DNA from: Fimbriosthenelais zetlandica
Lineage: Eukaryota
Assembly: GCA_977030845.1 (NCBI GenBank)
Contig: OZ365115.1
Location: 12,834,001-12,898,000, forward strand
Direction of reading: 5' to 3'
DNA length: 64,000 nucleotides
This document shows, one piece after another, positions 1 to 10,241 of the stretch (its first letter is position 1; every line of letters starts with the position of its first letter). Made by a program: the position numbers and the translations under genes. The notes under the pieces are model-generated. The model worked only from the letters and a program-made list of their open reading frames with translations. It made no database searches and was not told the DNA's origin.

Positions 1-597
1 ATATCAAAGATATTTTGGTTGGATTTCAAGATGGCGGCCATAAAAAGATTTTAAACTTCTGTAATGGTTTAATGGAAGAATAGATTTCAAATTCACTACT
101 GTGATTTCATCGATTATCTCCATGTTTTCACACCTTATGTAACCCATCAGACCTCAACGTCTCGTTGTATTCCATTTTATAAATATCTTCTTTTGAAAGG
201 TCTAAGAACTAACTACTATAATTGTTATTTCACTGGAGGGGCAACTCAGAACCAGGGATCTTTTTTTACATAAACAACCATTTCTAAATATTCTCCCTTG
301 AATTCAGGAATATTGTGCCTGTATTTTGTTCTTTCATCTTTCCCAAAAACCTAGAGTGCGCTTTTGTCCGATTCCAAAGTCCCCCTTCTGTGAGGCCATA
401 GTCAATGATGAGACCATGATATACTAAAGCTACGTATCTTATACATTCTTACTTCAGCTCATATACCTATAGCTCCCACGAGAAAGTAATAAGGTGTTAA
501 GTGCCAAAAACGCTGGGAGTGTTAAACATGATTTAGCTTGCACGGGGATGATGGCGACGTCCTTAACAACGGCCTACAGTGAAAGCTAGCAGGCGAG

Positions 598-604
598 TAT
601 ATAA
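598..604 (+). promoter_or_regulatory. TATA box of the small GPI-type gene
   Basis: TATATAA(G) at 598-604, about 80 nt before a canonical donor (CCTAG|GTAAGA, intron starts 683); implies a start site near 628-632. Confidence 0.7.
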
Positions 605-629
605 GCGGGCACTGATGAAGGAGAAAGCA

Positions 630-682
630 GAAACTTTCCATCTACCAAAGCAGTCCAATCACCAATCACAGAAGCAGCCTAG
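630..682 (+). other. Non-coding first exon (5' UTR); 5' end approximate
   Basis: Lies between the TATA box and donor AG|GTAAGA at 682/683. The next acceptor (TTTTGAATTCCAG|G, 948/949) is 27 nt before the ATG at 976. Confidence 0.6.
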
Positions 683-975
683 GTAAGAACATTATATTCC
701 TGCAAGCATTGACCAACTTTCTCATTTGAAAACACTTTTGTTCCAAGTTCAATATCTGTGTTCCAACTGAAACCTTTTCCATTATGCATTAGGCGCATTA
801 TGCTATTATTTGTATATCTATTGAATTCTCACTCATAGCCAGTTGTTAGTTCCATTGCTGTTATAAATAGTTATTATGAATATGTTTTTCTTACTTAATT
901 TAAATCTCAAAGAAAATATTTAAGCCTTTTTTACGTTTTGAATTCCAGGTTCGCACCTTTCTAAAACCTTTCATA

Positions 976-1021
976 ATGAAATTCTTCCTCGCCATCTGCC
1001 TTATCTTCGCCATTGCCTCCG
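976..1021 (+). CDS. Coding exon 1 of a 70-aa secreted, GPI-anchored mucin-like peptide (signal peptide)
   Basis: ATAATG start; translates MKFFLAICLIFAIAS plus 1 nt (basic n-region, hydrophobic h-region); ends at TCCG|GTAAGT (phase 1). Confidence 0.9.
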
Positions 1022-1578
1022 GTAAGTTTGTTTTACTCCTACTTCAGTGTTTCTGCATGCCTGACTAATCATCTGTCAGTCTGTCGAGAAGCCAGACAGT
1101 CAGTCGGCTATAGCCAGACAGTCAGTTCGCCAGAGCCATTTTAATGTTCTTGAACAAACATTTTTCCATCAAGTTTGATTTCTACGTGTAGATATTGTAC
1201 ACAATATGCATACCATATTATGAAATAGGTAAAATAGTTAAGCTTATAAGTGTTTCATGTTTCAACAAACGATTATTTCGAACTATCCGAGTGTATTGAA
1301 GCTTAAATGCGTGCTGGCACCCTACCATCAAGACTAATAAGTTAATACTATTGATATTCATTTAATCCCATATAAATTGTATTCAAGCCCTAAAAGTCCG
1401 ACCTGTTAAAGGGTCGCTGAACACTGAACGCTTATCCACACGGTCACAAAGCCTGGCAAAGTCATTAAGTCAATCCTGTCAGTTCTATAAAACGCAGACA
1501 AAATCTTTCATTTCAAAACTAACCATAAATTCGTAATTCCTATTAATAATTATTATATAAATTTACTCTGTTTTTCAG

Positions 1579-1652
1579 CTGCATTGGGCCTCTCCACACA
1601 AGCCATGGATGAGACAACCATGGACCCCACCACGGCTGCACCCTCAACTACA
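1579..1652 (+). CDS. Coding exon 2 of the 70-aa peptide (end of signal, Thr/Ser-rich core)
   Basis: Acceptor CTCTGTTTTTCAG|; open in the required phase 1: (A)ALGLSTQAMDETTMDPTTAAPSTT; donor ACA|GTAAGT (phase 0); GC-rich relative to the flanking introns. Confidence 0.9.
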
Positions 1653-1835
1653 GTAAGTACACATTATGACATAATCCAAATAACTTTAAATTCATTTAGG
1701 CCTAAGTCAGGCTTTTCATAATAGAAAATAACATGGGGATATTACTTAAATCGAAAGTACATACATCATGTGCACTGTAACATATCCCTCATATTGCTTA
1801 TAAAGTATTTAATGATTATTTTTGTCTATTTTCAG

Positions 1836-1928
1836 ACCGTAGCTGGCCTGGGAGGTGGTGCGTCTGCTGTGAGCGCCTCTATTGGACTGCTCATTCTCAC
1901 CGTCACCGCTGTTTTCCTCCGACACTAG
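1836..1928 (+). CDS. Coding exon 3 of the 70-aa peptide (GPI-attachment-signal-like C-terminus)
   Basis: Acceptor TTTGTCTATTTTCAG|; phase 0: TVAGLGGGASAVSASIGLLILTVTAVFLRH then TAG at 1926-1928. Small-residue run, spacer and terminal hydrophobic stretch. Confidence 0.88.
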   Translation, partial: TVAGLGGGASAVSASIGLLILTVTAVFLRH

Positions 1929-2523
1929 ATGTCGCCACCGACAACTGATCTATCTCAACTATCAACCATCAACATTATTTATTGCCCATCAATGTAAATA
2001 CCATCAACATGATTGTGATTATACTTCATGTTAACTAATTTATATCAGTATTAGTTCCATTCACTGGAAAGTTCAAACTCAAATCATCATTTCTCCACAG
2101 AACCTTTCCATTCAGACCATTCCTTGTCCAACTCTTTCCGTTTCCTTGCGTTGAGTCATTTACAATTCTATCACCAATTAAGTTATTTAAAAACTGAAAT
2201 GTATTTAAGATTTAAATGCAGCCTTTGTGGTTACCATAGAAACTGTGTAAAAGGCACTGAGGGTTTTAGATCCAATATGACGTGCCTTAACGAGGATGGA
2301 GTTTGACTGCCTTGCCATGCTATGTTTAAATTTCATTGTTCTTCTGTTGTTCTAAGCTTGAGTATTGTCAGTGTAGATATCGCTTGAAGTGTACCATTTA
2401 TTTAAAAATTTACACGTCTGTTATGGTTTAATAGAACAATTGATTTCAAATTCACTTCTGGGATTCCTTCTGTTTCAATTGCACATTTAAATGAACAAGT
2501 CTGTGATATGTTTGTTATTAAGT

Positions 2524-2529
2524 AATAAA
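2524..2529 (+). terminator. Candidate polyadenylation signal of the small gene
   Basis: First AATAAA I found downstream of the stop, about 600 nt away; no transcript support available. Confidence 0.3.
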
Positions 2530-2685
2530 TCATTGAAAATAATTTTGTTCTTGGTGTATATATCCTAAATGAATACAAGTATAAGGGATATTGGTCCTGA
2601 CAAGGCTTTTTCAAGGAAATATTATGACAAAACTTTAAACGATAGTTCATAAGTAGCATAATGATTTCTTAAAGAGTTCTAAAGG

Positions 2686-2790
2686 GTGAGTGAATGAGTG
2701 AGTGATTGAGTAATATGGTGAGTGAGTCGGTAAAGAGAGAGTGAGTGACTATAAATGCAACGAATGGATGCATAATTGAGAGTGAGAAAT
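2686..2790 (+). repeat. Degenerate (GAGT)n tetranucleotide repeat
   Basis: Multiple GTGAGTGA/GAGTGA units. Confidence 0.75.
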
Positions 2791-4040
2791 AGCTTCATAA
2801 GAATCATTGATATTCAACAGATGAATTTCTAATTCCTCCATAATATATGACTGATTTCGTGGTAGAAAAAGCACCCCTAAAAAGACTTTCCCACCCCTTC
2901 ATATGGTAAATGGTATGTCCGGCCAACATCAAATTGCTTTTAAGAAAGTAGACACACCATGCAGTAGCTGATTGTAACGGACACGATGCATGGCTCGAGC
3001 AGGACTTGTGTTTTAGGAATTGAGGCTAATTAGCTTTTCTCCGGCAATTTTTACCTCGCTTTGACAATTAGTACGGATGGTAGCGACTGGGCGGGGGTTT
3101 TCCTCTAGCTTAGTATTTATACCACCATTCCAGCTCTGATGGATGTCATTATAATGTTATAATATCCAACATCAAATCTATAACAATTTTCCCAATTAAT
3201 TAATGGTTTTTCAATTAACTAATGCCTTGCAGTTAACAAAGCTGAAAGTAGCAATAAAAGAGAGAGATTAAGGAAAATTGATTTCCCATCCAAATTCATC
3301 TGCCTTATTTAAATGGTTACATGGTCTGAACAATGCTTAAGATGACTTAAACAAAGGTTGCTGATAACAAAAACTATTTTATCATGGTTACTTTCCTTTC
3401 TCTTTGGTTAGAATGAGATCACAGTTTCCGGATTATCGGTATTATAAATTGTATTCCCAAGCCACTTTTATCAGTTAATGAATATTGAATCTACTGTAAC
3501 AGATCTCAAAAGATAACTTTGGCAGTTTGTTGGAAAGTGCAAAGAAGATCTTTGATGGTCGTTTTAATTAAACAATGCCAACAAAGGTGTGAAAGTTGCT
3601 TCAGCTCGTTCAATGTTTTAAAAAGAATACTTTGTCTTTGTACTACAAATGATCAAACTTGCTGTCTCTTTGATTTCAATTTCGCAATTAAATTGAAGCC
3701 ATTTGTAATTAGAAATCGTAGCAATTGTCATGCAGAGGAGTAGATCATCCTTTTCTAAAAGACAATTAAAATGGTCTTTCTCCTTGAAAATTCTCCATGT
3801 AATATATTTCACGACCCAGGAGAACAATATTTTATTGATGTAAATTTTGATTATCAAGGCCTTATGAGAAACCATATTTGGAAAGTGCACAATAACACAT
3901 TATAAGAAATCCTTTGTTGCTACAAGATTTGTATAGGGAATAATTATTACTAACAATGTGTATACATGTATGTGGTGTTCAAACTGAAAGAGTAATACAA
4001 GCTTTAAAATAAGATTTAAAATGTATGTTGATTTTGAAGA

Positions 4041-4085
4041 AAGAGGGAGGGAGGGAGAGAGGAGAATGGAGAGAGAGAGAGAGAG
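4041..4085 (+). repeat. Purine tract ending in a (GA)n microsatellite
   Basis: GGA/GA units followed by an uninterrupted GAGAGA run. Confidence 0.85.
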
Positions 4086-5032
4086 TGTATTTTGATGCGT
4101 GGAAGGGTCCCCCAACAAGGAATTAAAAGTCGTCGTACGTATTCCCGATGTGGTCCCCTTCTCGAGCCTATACAGAAGCTGAACCCTGATAATAGAAACT
4201 AACAGGTCCATAGAGTCAGCAGGAGGCCACTCTAACAGCCATGTAACCCGCCTAATGTAGAAAGCATATTGGGGCAAAACCCTGAAGAAATTAAATCCGA
4301 ACATTGTCTTTCAACATAATGTTCAATATGTATTGAGATATCCTGTTAGAATACAACTCACCAACATTTCTCTCACGAGTTAAATTTTTCATATAACATT
4401 AGAATGATGCCAAAGCGAAAAAGAAAACGATGTTTCATTTTAACTTGGCAGTCGGACAAAAGGTTCGACGTAATTGATCGTGCAATCAAGAAAAAATGTA
4501 ATTATATCCAACTCTCTCTGATTAAGGTCGCTTCAAACGAGGAAATGGGTTAATGTATTTCAGGTCTTTCATCCTCCAGGAACTCACAATTCTGTTTTCT
4601 GTGTTCTTGTTCATGAAACAAGGACGAGCCATTTATACTCAGCCACGGTATGAAACAAAACCAAATTGCCAGCTCAGCTCATTTCAAATACCATGATAAG
4701 CTCTAGACCGGGCCTGTAAATGGAATTTGAGATATAATCAGAGCAGATGTTTGCATGACAACGCATCTGATAATTTCATCTCATCTGCCACATTTTCCTC
4801 TCGGATCAAAGTCATGTGTATGTATGAGGAGAATGGAACTGTCACCTTATCCCCACTCTCCACATCTGTGTCTGTCACATTTTGTTTGTATGCAAACAAT
4901 TAGCTCAATGACATCCCTCGAGTATCGACCAAACTTCCTAAGATCCACTTTAAAGCCGGGGGAGGGGATAGTATTATGTAGGGTTTTATAAACAAAACCA
5001 CTTTAATTATTTATCCAGAAATACAATATTGT

Positions 5033-5063
5033 CACTTTGAAATTTAATTTAAATTTCAAAGTG
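5033..5063. repeat. Perfect 14-bp inverted repeat with a 3-nt loop
   Basis: CACTTTGAAATTTA-ATT-TAAATTTCAAAGTG. Confidence 0.9.
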
Positions 5064-5280
5064 CCATTTATTAATTTTGGAGCGAAGCATGAACCGTCTA
5101 CCAAAAATCTCCCAATCTTTGAGAGAACCAAAGAAAGGAATGTTTAAAGTTCACGCTAATGGTAGGACACATTAGAACCCTTATTACGAGCCCACCTCAG
5201 CATCAAACATGACTTAAAGATGTGCACTTTTAGAGTCTTTTAGCAGACTGTATTTAGGAAGTCTCGCCCATTTCCTAAGA

Positions 5281-5406
5281 GCCACGTGACTTGACGTGAC
5301 ATGGCCTGCGCTCTCCGCTCAATGAACCCCAGGCTGAACGGAAGTAACAAATAGGAACATTTCACAACTTCCGGTCTGGCTGAAAGCTCACCCTGGCAAC
5401 GGAAAT
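5281..5406. promoter_or_regulatory. CpG-enriched, TATA-less promoter-like motif cluster
   Basis: GCCACGTGAC E-box (5281), TGACGTGAC (5292), ETS-type sites CGGAAGT (5339), ACTTCCGG (5367) and CGGAAAT (5400). Confidence 0.45.
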
Positions 5407-5692
5407 GGCAGGAGAAGCCCCCCTTTGGTGACTTTTATTGCCCTTCACCTCCTCCGGGGTAATATTAGCCCTATGACAATTATAACATCATATATACCGC
5501 TAAATCACACACATGCGCCAGTGTATTGTATACTTCCAGCCTTTTCTCACTTGGTACAACCTGTGCCTATCAATACGAAAAAAAATCAGGCCAAATGTAA
5601 TCCAGAACATAGTATTTGGTAAAGTCTGGCTTTTGTCAATAACAATATTGGTTTTAATTACAAGCACGTTTCATGTTAAAAAAATACTTATT

Positions 5693-5832
5693 AGAGAGGG
5701 TGGCGGGTACCCACGCCTGAAGGCGTGTGAATCCCCTCCTTTTAGAGATTACAAGAGTGTTTTTAACGTTCCTATATAATATCCGTTTCTAAAGTTGTGG
5801 AACCTCCCATTTGAAAATCCTGGGTCAACTCT
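5693..5832. mobile_element. Short dispersed MITE-like element, copy 1 (decayed)
   Basis: GGTGGCGGGTACCCA left end, CCCCTCCTTTTAGAGAT core and AAAATCCTGGGTCAACTCT right end resemble the copies at 36940 and 39125. Confidence 0.35.
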
Positions 5833-6899
5833 TTGAAGGGAAAATAACTACCTATAAATTCATACACCCAGTTCCATAATTATTCTCTTTTCCAGAGCGT
5901 TTCTTGAAGCCTTGACTTGGGTCGATGACGAGGCCCCCTGTTGAGGGTAATGAAAAGCAAGATGTGTAATTTGTGCACATCCGGCTCTCCCAAGCTTCAA
6001 CTTTTTGATTCAGCAAGACACAAAACAAGTGAGCCAGAAACAAAGCTTTCCTGAGGCAGGCACAAGAAAGTGTCGCCTAAAATTGAATTGTCATTGAGAG
6101 GAGATGACATTTGGTGTGTGTGACGTCATTATGACGTCGGATGCCTGGGGGGGTGGGGGGGAGGTCACCACAGCTTATTTCACAGTATTTAATACATTGA
6201 CAGCTGTCCTGGTCCCCACTCCATGCAATTACAAAACACGGACCAGCCCAGGGCTCCCACAAGACTCTTCACCTTGCTACTTCCGCCGGAATTAGCACCG
6301 ATTCAAAGTCTGCCTTTTCTTGATTAAACTATTGCATCTGGTGAAGAAAACTCTTGAATTGGAGTTAAAAATGGCCTTGGCGTGGCAACATGCCCGGGTG
6401 AATGGCGGCAATGTGGGCCAATTGTGGCTTTTTGTTGTGAAATGGTGTTTTCACCTTTGGAAAAAGGAAAAATTTTGATTGGTCTGACTTGTTAAACTGC
6501 TTTTGATTACTGGGTTCGCCAACTGGGGCGCTCTTGAGAATTTGACAAATGAACAATTCATGGTGATGAGCCAGCATGTTTTCTGCTCCCCCTCCACCCC
6601 GGACTTTTTCAAACGTCAGTGCATTATAGTTCCCCAGTTCTTATCACTTCTGCATAGGTTGTTGGAGAAGATTGTATTGAATGAACTTAGATTATTGCTG
6701 CAGAGATACATCAGGAGCCCCTTATCAGTAGGCCAGCACTGTAATCAGAAGTTACTCACCAATAACTATAACCCTACCTGCTGCAATACTTCGTGAAAAT
6801 ATCAGTTCAGGTTCAATCTGTATAAACATATCCAAGTTTGCTAACCCTTTTGTCAGTTTGTCTTATTCAAGACTGCTTTCCTTGAATTCCTTTAGGCAT

Positions 6900-7750
6900 A
6901 GGCTTAGTTGATTCTGTGATGCAGGGATGCTCCCCCTTGCTGTCTTGGGATACAATTGTTAAATATCGCCATTTTTTCCATGAAGGTCATAATTTGAAAG
7001 TAATTAAAAGTCCTTCAGACGACATCCTGCCTATCGCCATGCAAAAAATACGTAAATTGACCCAGAAAAACTTTATTGAAAGGACTGGCTTAAACGACAA
7101 CCATTTCAGTGGTTGGAATGCCTTCAAGAATAAAGCGTAGGAGAAGCTCATGGTTGTAGAGGAAAAGGAGGAGCAGTTATGAGCATTTGGGGAGGTGAGA
7201 TAAGCCAGTGAAAGGAGTCCCCTGACTCCAGCCTACCATTGGTTGGATTTTCATTAACATTTAGCAACAGAAAGCCGACTTCTGTTCACCTTATCTGCCG
7301 CAGCCTCAGAGGAACGAAGGACATGAAGTGGTGAGTTCTCATGGCCTCACTTCACTCCATTCCCCAATCCAACTGAAAGACAACCTATTTTCTCTCAATT
7401 CCTTTCTTTGGCTTTATCTTTGCTAGCACCTGTTTCAAGTTCCATGCCAAAACTCTTCGTCTTACACTTTGTTCTTTTGATATTACAAACTTGTACAGTT
7501 ATACTTCCATTCCCGACCCACTTCCTGCATACATGGCCATCCTTCCATTCTTTTCACATTGCTTCCATTCCCTCCTGCATGCAATAACTTTTTTCTTGCC
7601 TTCAAGTAATGACAGCATGTCTCTTCTTTGTGATTCATAGGAATACCTCACAACACCTCTGTTCATTTCCACAAAACAATCACTAAATTCATGTCAAAAG
7701 AGTTAAAATAGTGAGCATTCCCTTGTTAAAACCAGCTGTTCCTGATTGCA
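6900..7750 (-). mobile_element. Highly decayed Ty3/Gypsy-like LTR retrotransposon remnant (gag Zn-knuckle, protease, RT start)
   Basis: Collinear on the minus strand with stops and frameshifts: LFCG (gag LVCG-like), CEKNGRMAMYAGSG with CCHC-knuckle spacing (~7520-7558), GMELETGAS (7422-7445, like the protease motif MELDTGAS), then W..TIV..K-GSI (RT WAxPIVxVxKxDGSxR-like) near 6920-6965. No LTRs identified. Confidence 0.5.
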
Positions 7751-10201
7751 TAGCTGCACACTTGGCAACCTTTGTGCTCATGTGTGATTGTTCTCGTATA
7801 ATATTATGCATCAGTGTACACAGCTATGAATACATCAATACATATAAAGTTGTCCGTTTGACCCTGTCATTGGGGGAGTTTTTGCCGAGTCACAACACAA
7901 CCAAGTCTAATGACATTTACTCCTACCAACGACAACAGTGGCTCTGTGAAGCGTCCACTCAAGGCCCTCCTACTGGTCCTGCTACCCATACCAAATAGCT
8001 GCTGGACATTCTTCCCAAGTTCAGGGGACTGTTACAAAAAGATGCTCCTACAAGGAGCCGAAAGTTCGCAATTAAGTCCTTTAAAACAGTAGGTGGTGGT
8101 CCAAGGCCTACTTAAATTTGTGACAAAACAGTTGCATGTATATCAGTTACCATGATTTCAGCCATGATTTTCACACTTAAAGATAGGGAGATGGCATGCA
8201 TGGTGCTTTGGCCCCAAGTTAAAGGAACTTAAATTCAGAAAAAAAACTTTTGAGATGGTCCCTTAGGAAGAAGTGAATCTTCTATAAGGAAGAAGTGAAA
8301 GAGGCTTAAGTCAGTTGTATGGTCAAAGCAGCTCAGTCAATGTCAGGACGTGTTTAGGATCAAAGGTTACAACTTGGGATCATGTCATGTACAGATAACT
8401 TTTTGCTTGGGTAAGTTGGCAAGTAAAAGTTGAACTGAGTTTTGAACCATTTGTTTTTGAAAGGCTTGTAATTGCATTCACAAGGTCTCGAATAGGACTT
8501 TAAAGCTTCGAATGTGAGTTTGAGAATTAAGACAGGAGATGGAAGTCACCAGGCTCCTGGACACCCTCTAGAGACCCAGCTGATTGCTGATTCTAGGGGA
8601 ATATCCTGGTCTAATATTCTTCCAATAGCATTTTTTAAGAAACAAGCCCTGGGTCCTAGTGCTAGACAAAAACAGCCCCCCCCCCCACCCCCCAACCAGC
8701 CTGGTATAATATTTACACAGCACGCCGCCAGGGGAGCTAGCTGCTGTAAGAGTCAGTATAGACAGAAACAGGGGCCAGGGTCAGGGGGTGGGGAGACGGG
8801 GGTGGGCAGTGAAAGGACTGGATCCAAAGGTATGTAAAGTGGGAAAATATTGACATGGGCGAATGTAGAGACAGCTAGGTGTTGACTTTGGAGAGAGGTT
8901 CTCGGACTGTTTTGCTTGGAAGAAAAAGAAGACGAAGAAGAAAGCCAGGGCACTTGGGGTTAGAGATGTGAAGGAGTCTGTAGCTTTAAGGAAAATATAT
9001 AGAGAGAACATCAAGGGGGAATATATTAGCTGGGGGAGTTATTATACTCTGTAAGGTAAGAATCAGCTATACTTCTGTGAGCACAGTTTCTGGTTTGGCT
9101 CTGGAGGGCATGACTGAGTTCACGATCCAAAGTAGATTCCAGACAAAATGATAGATATATAATAAAGAGACTTACATCTTAATAGCAACTGCCACAAAGG
9201 CATTAATTAAAGTAACATTAGTTTAGGAAATCATTAAAGCATTTGCAGTGGTATATTCAATTGAGATATTTCAAAACAACTTTTAACGTATCCATATAAC
9301 TCCCACAAAGACATTCATTATACAGTTAGCCTAAAACAGATATTAACACGTCATTAAAGTCAGCAGTTGTCTATTCATTTGAATTAGGTCCATTTCAGAA
9401 CAGCTTTTAACTTATCCACCAGGGCCAGGCATGCAATCCTGGGGCGAAAATAAAAGAAGTGTAGAGTTGCGGGTGTTCATGAATACTAGATGTGCCCTGG
9501 AGGTATCTGTTCCTCGCCGTCACCTCTCCTACCATCTCACACTCTCTCCCTGTCACACTCAAACTTTCAACGATGCAAAGGCAATCACTGAGGTAGAGAA
9601 TGCAACCCCTAACCCAGTGGGCATTTGGTATATCGTCTAATGTGACAAAATATCACTATTTTGGGAGTTAATTATGTTTATTGCACCTCAGATATGAGGT
9701 CGGCCCGTGACGTCATCATGACATTTTTTGTGACGTAGCTTACGCCAGGATACACTGACAAGGGCCCTAAGGTAAGAGGACATGAAGCTTTCCTTCAGAA
9801 GGAAAAAACTTTACCAAACTCCCATGCATGAAACATGGCTTGGTAACTGACTCTTCTGACTTCATTTCCATGGTTTGGTGTGATGAAAATTCCTCCTGAC
9901 AGGAACTCGAATTTGTTGTGGATAGGGATTCGGGGAAACAGGTATTTTCCAGTCAATCATATAAAGCCCTGGTAGTGCTTCAAATCAGCACATAAATCAG
10001 GTTAGTGGCAATGATGGCGCAGGACTACTATAAGGCCTGGGCTTACTGAGGCAGTTATTCCGTAGGTTTCCATTGGATTGACCCCAAACTTATATCAAAT
10101 CAGCTTGACTTATATAATAGTCAAGCTATTATAATGGCTCTAATGACCAAACAAATATGGCCTTCTGTGCCTCATAGAAGTCGAGTCATTTCAATTTTAC
10201 C

Positions 10202-10241
10202 TAGAAGTCGTGTTAGAAGTCTGCCGTGTTAGAAGTCTGCC
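10202..10241 (+). repeat. Short tandem duplication (GTGTTAGAAGTCTGCC x2 plus a partial copy)
   Basis: TAGAAGTC-GTGTTAGAAGTCTGCC-GTGTTAGAAGTCTGCC. Confidence 0.85.

Noticed and set aside
615-963. Upstream ORF from ATG 615 (MKEKAETF.., spliced, stopping just before the main ATG)
   Set aside because: ATG 615 is only about 11 nt after the TATA box, so it should lie upstream of the transcription start.
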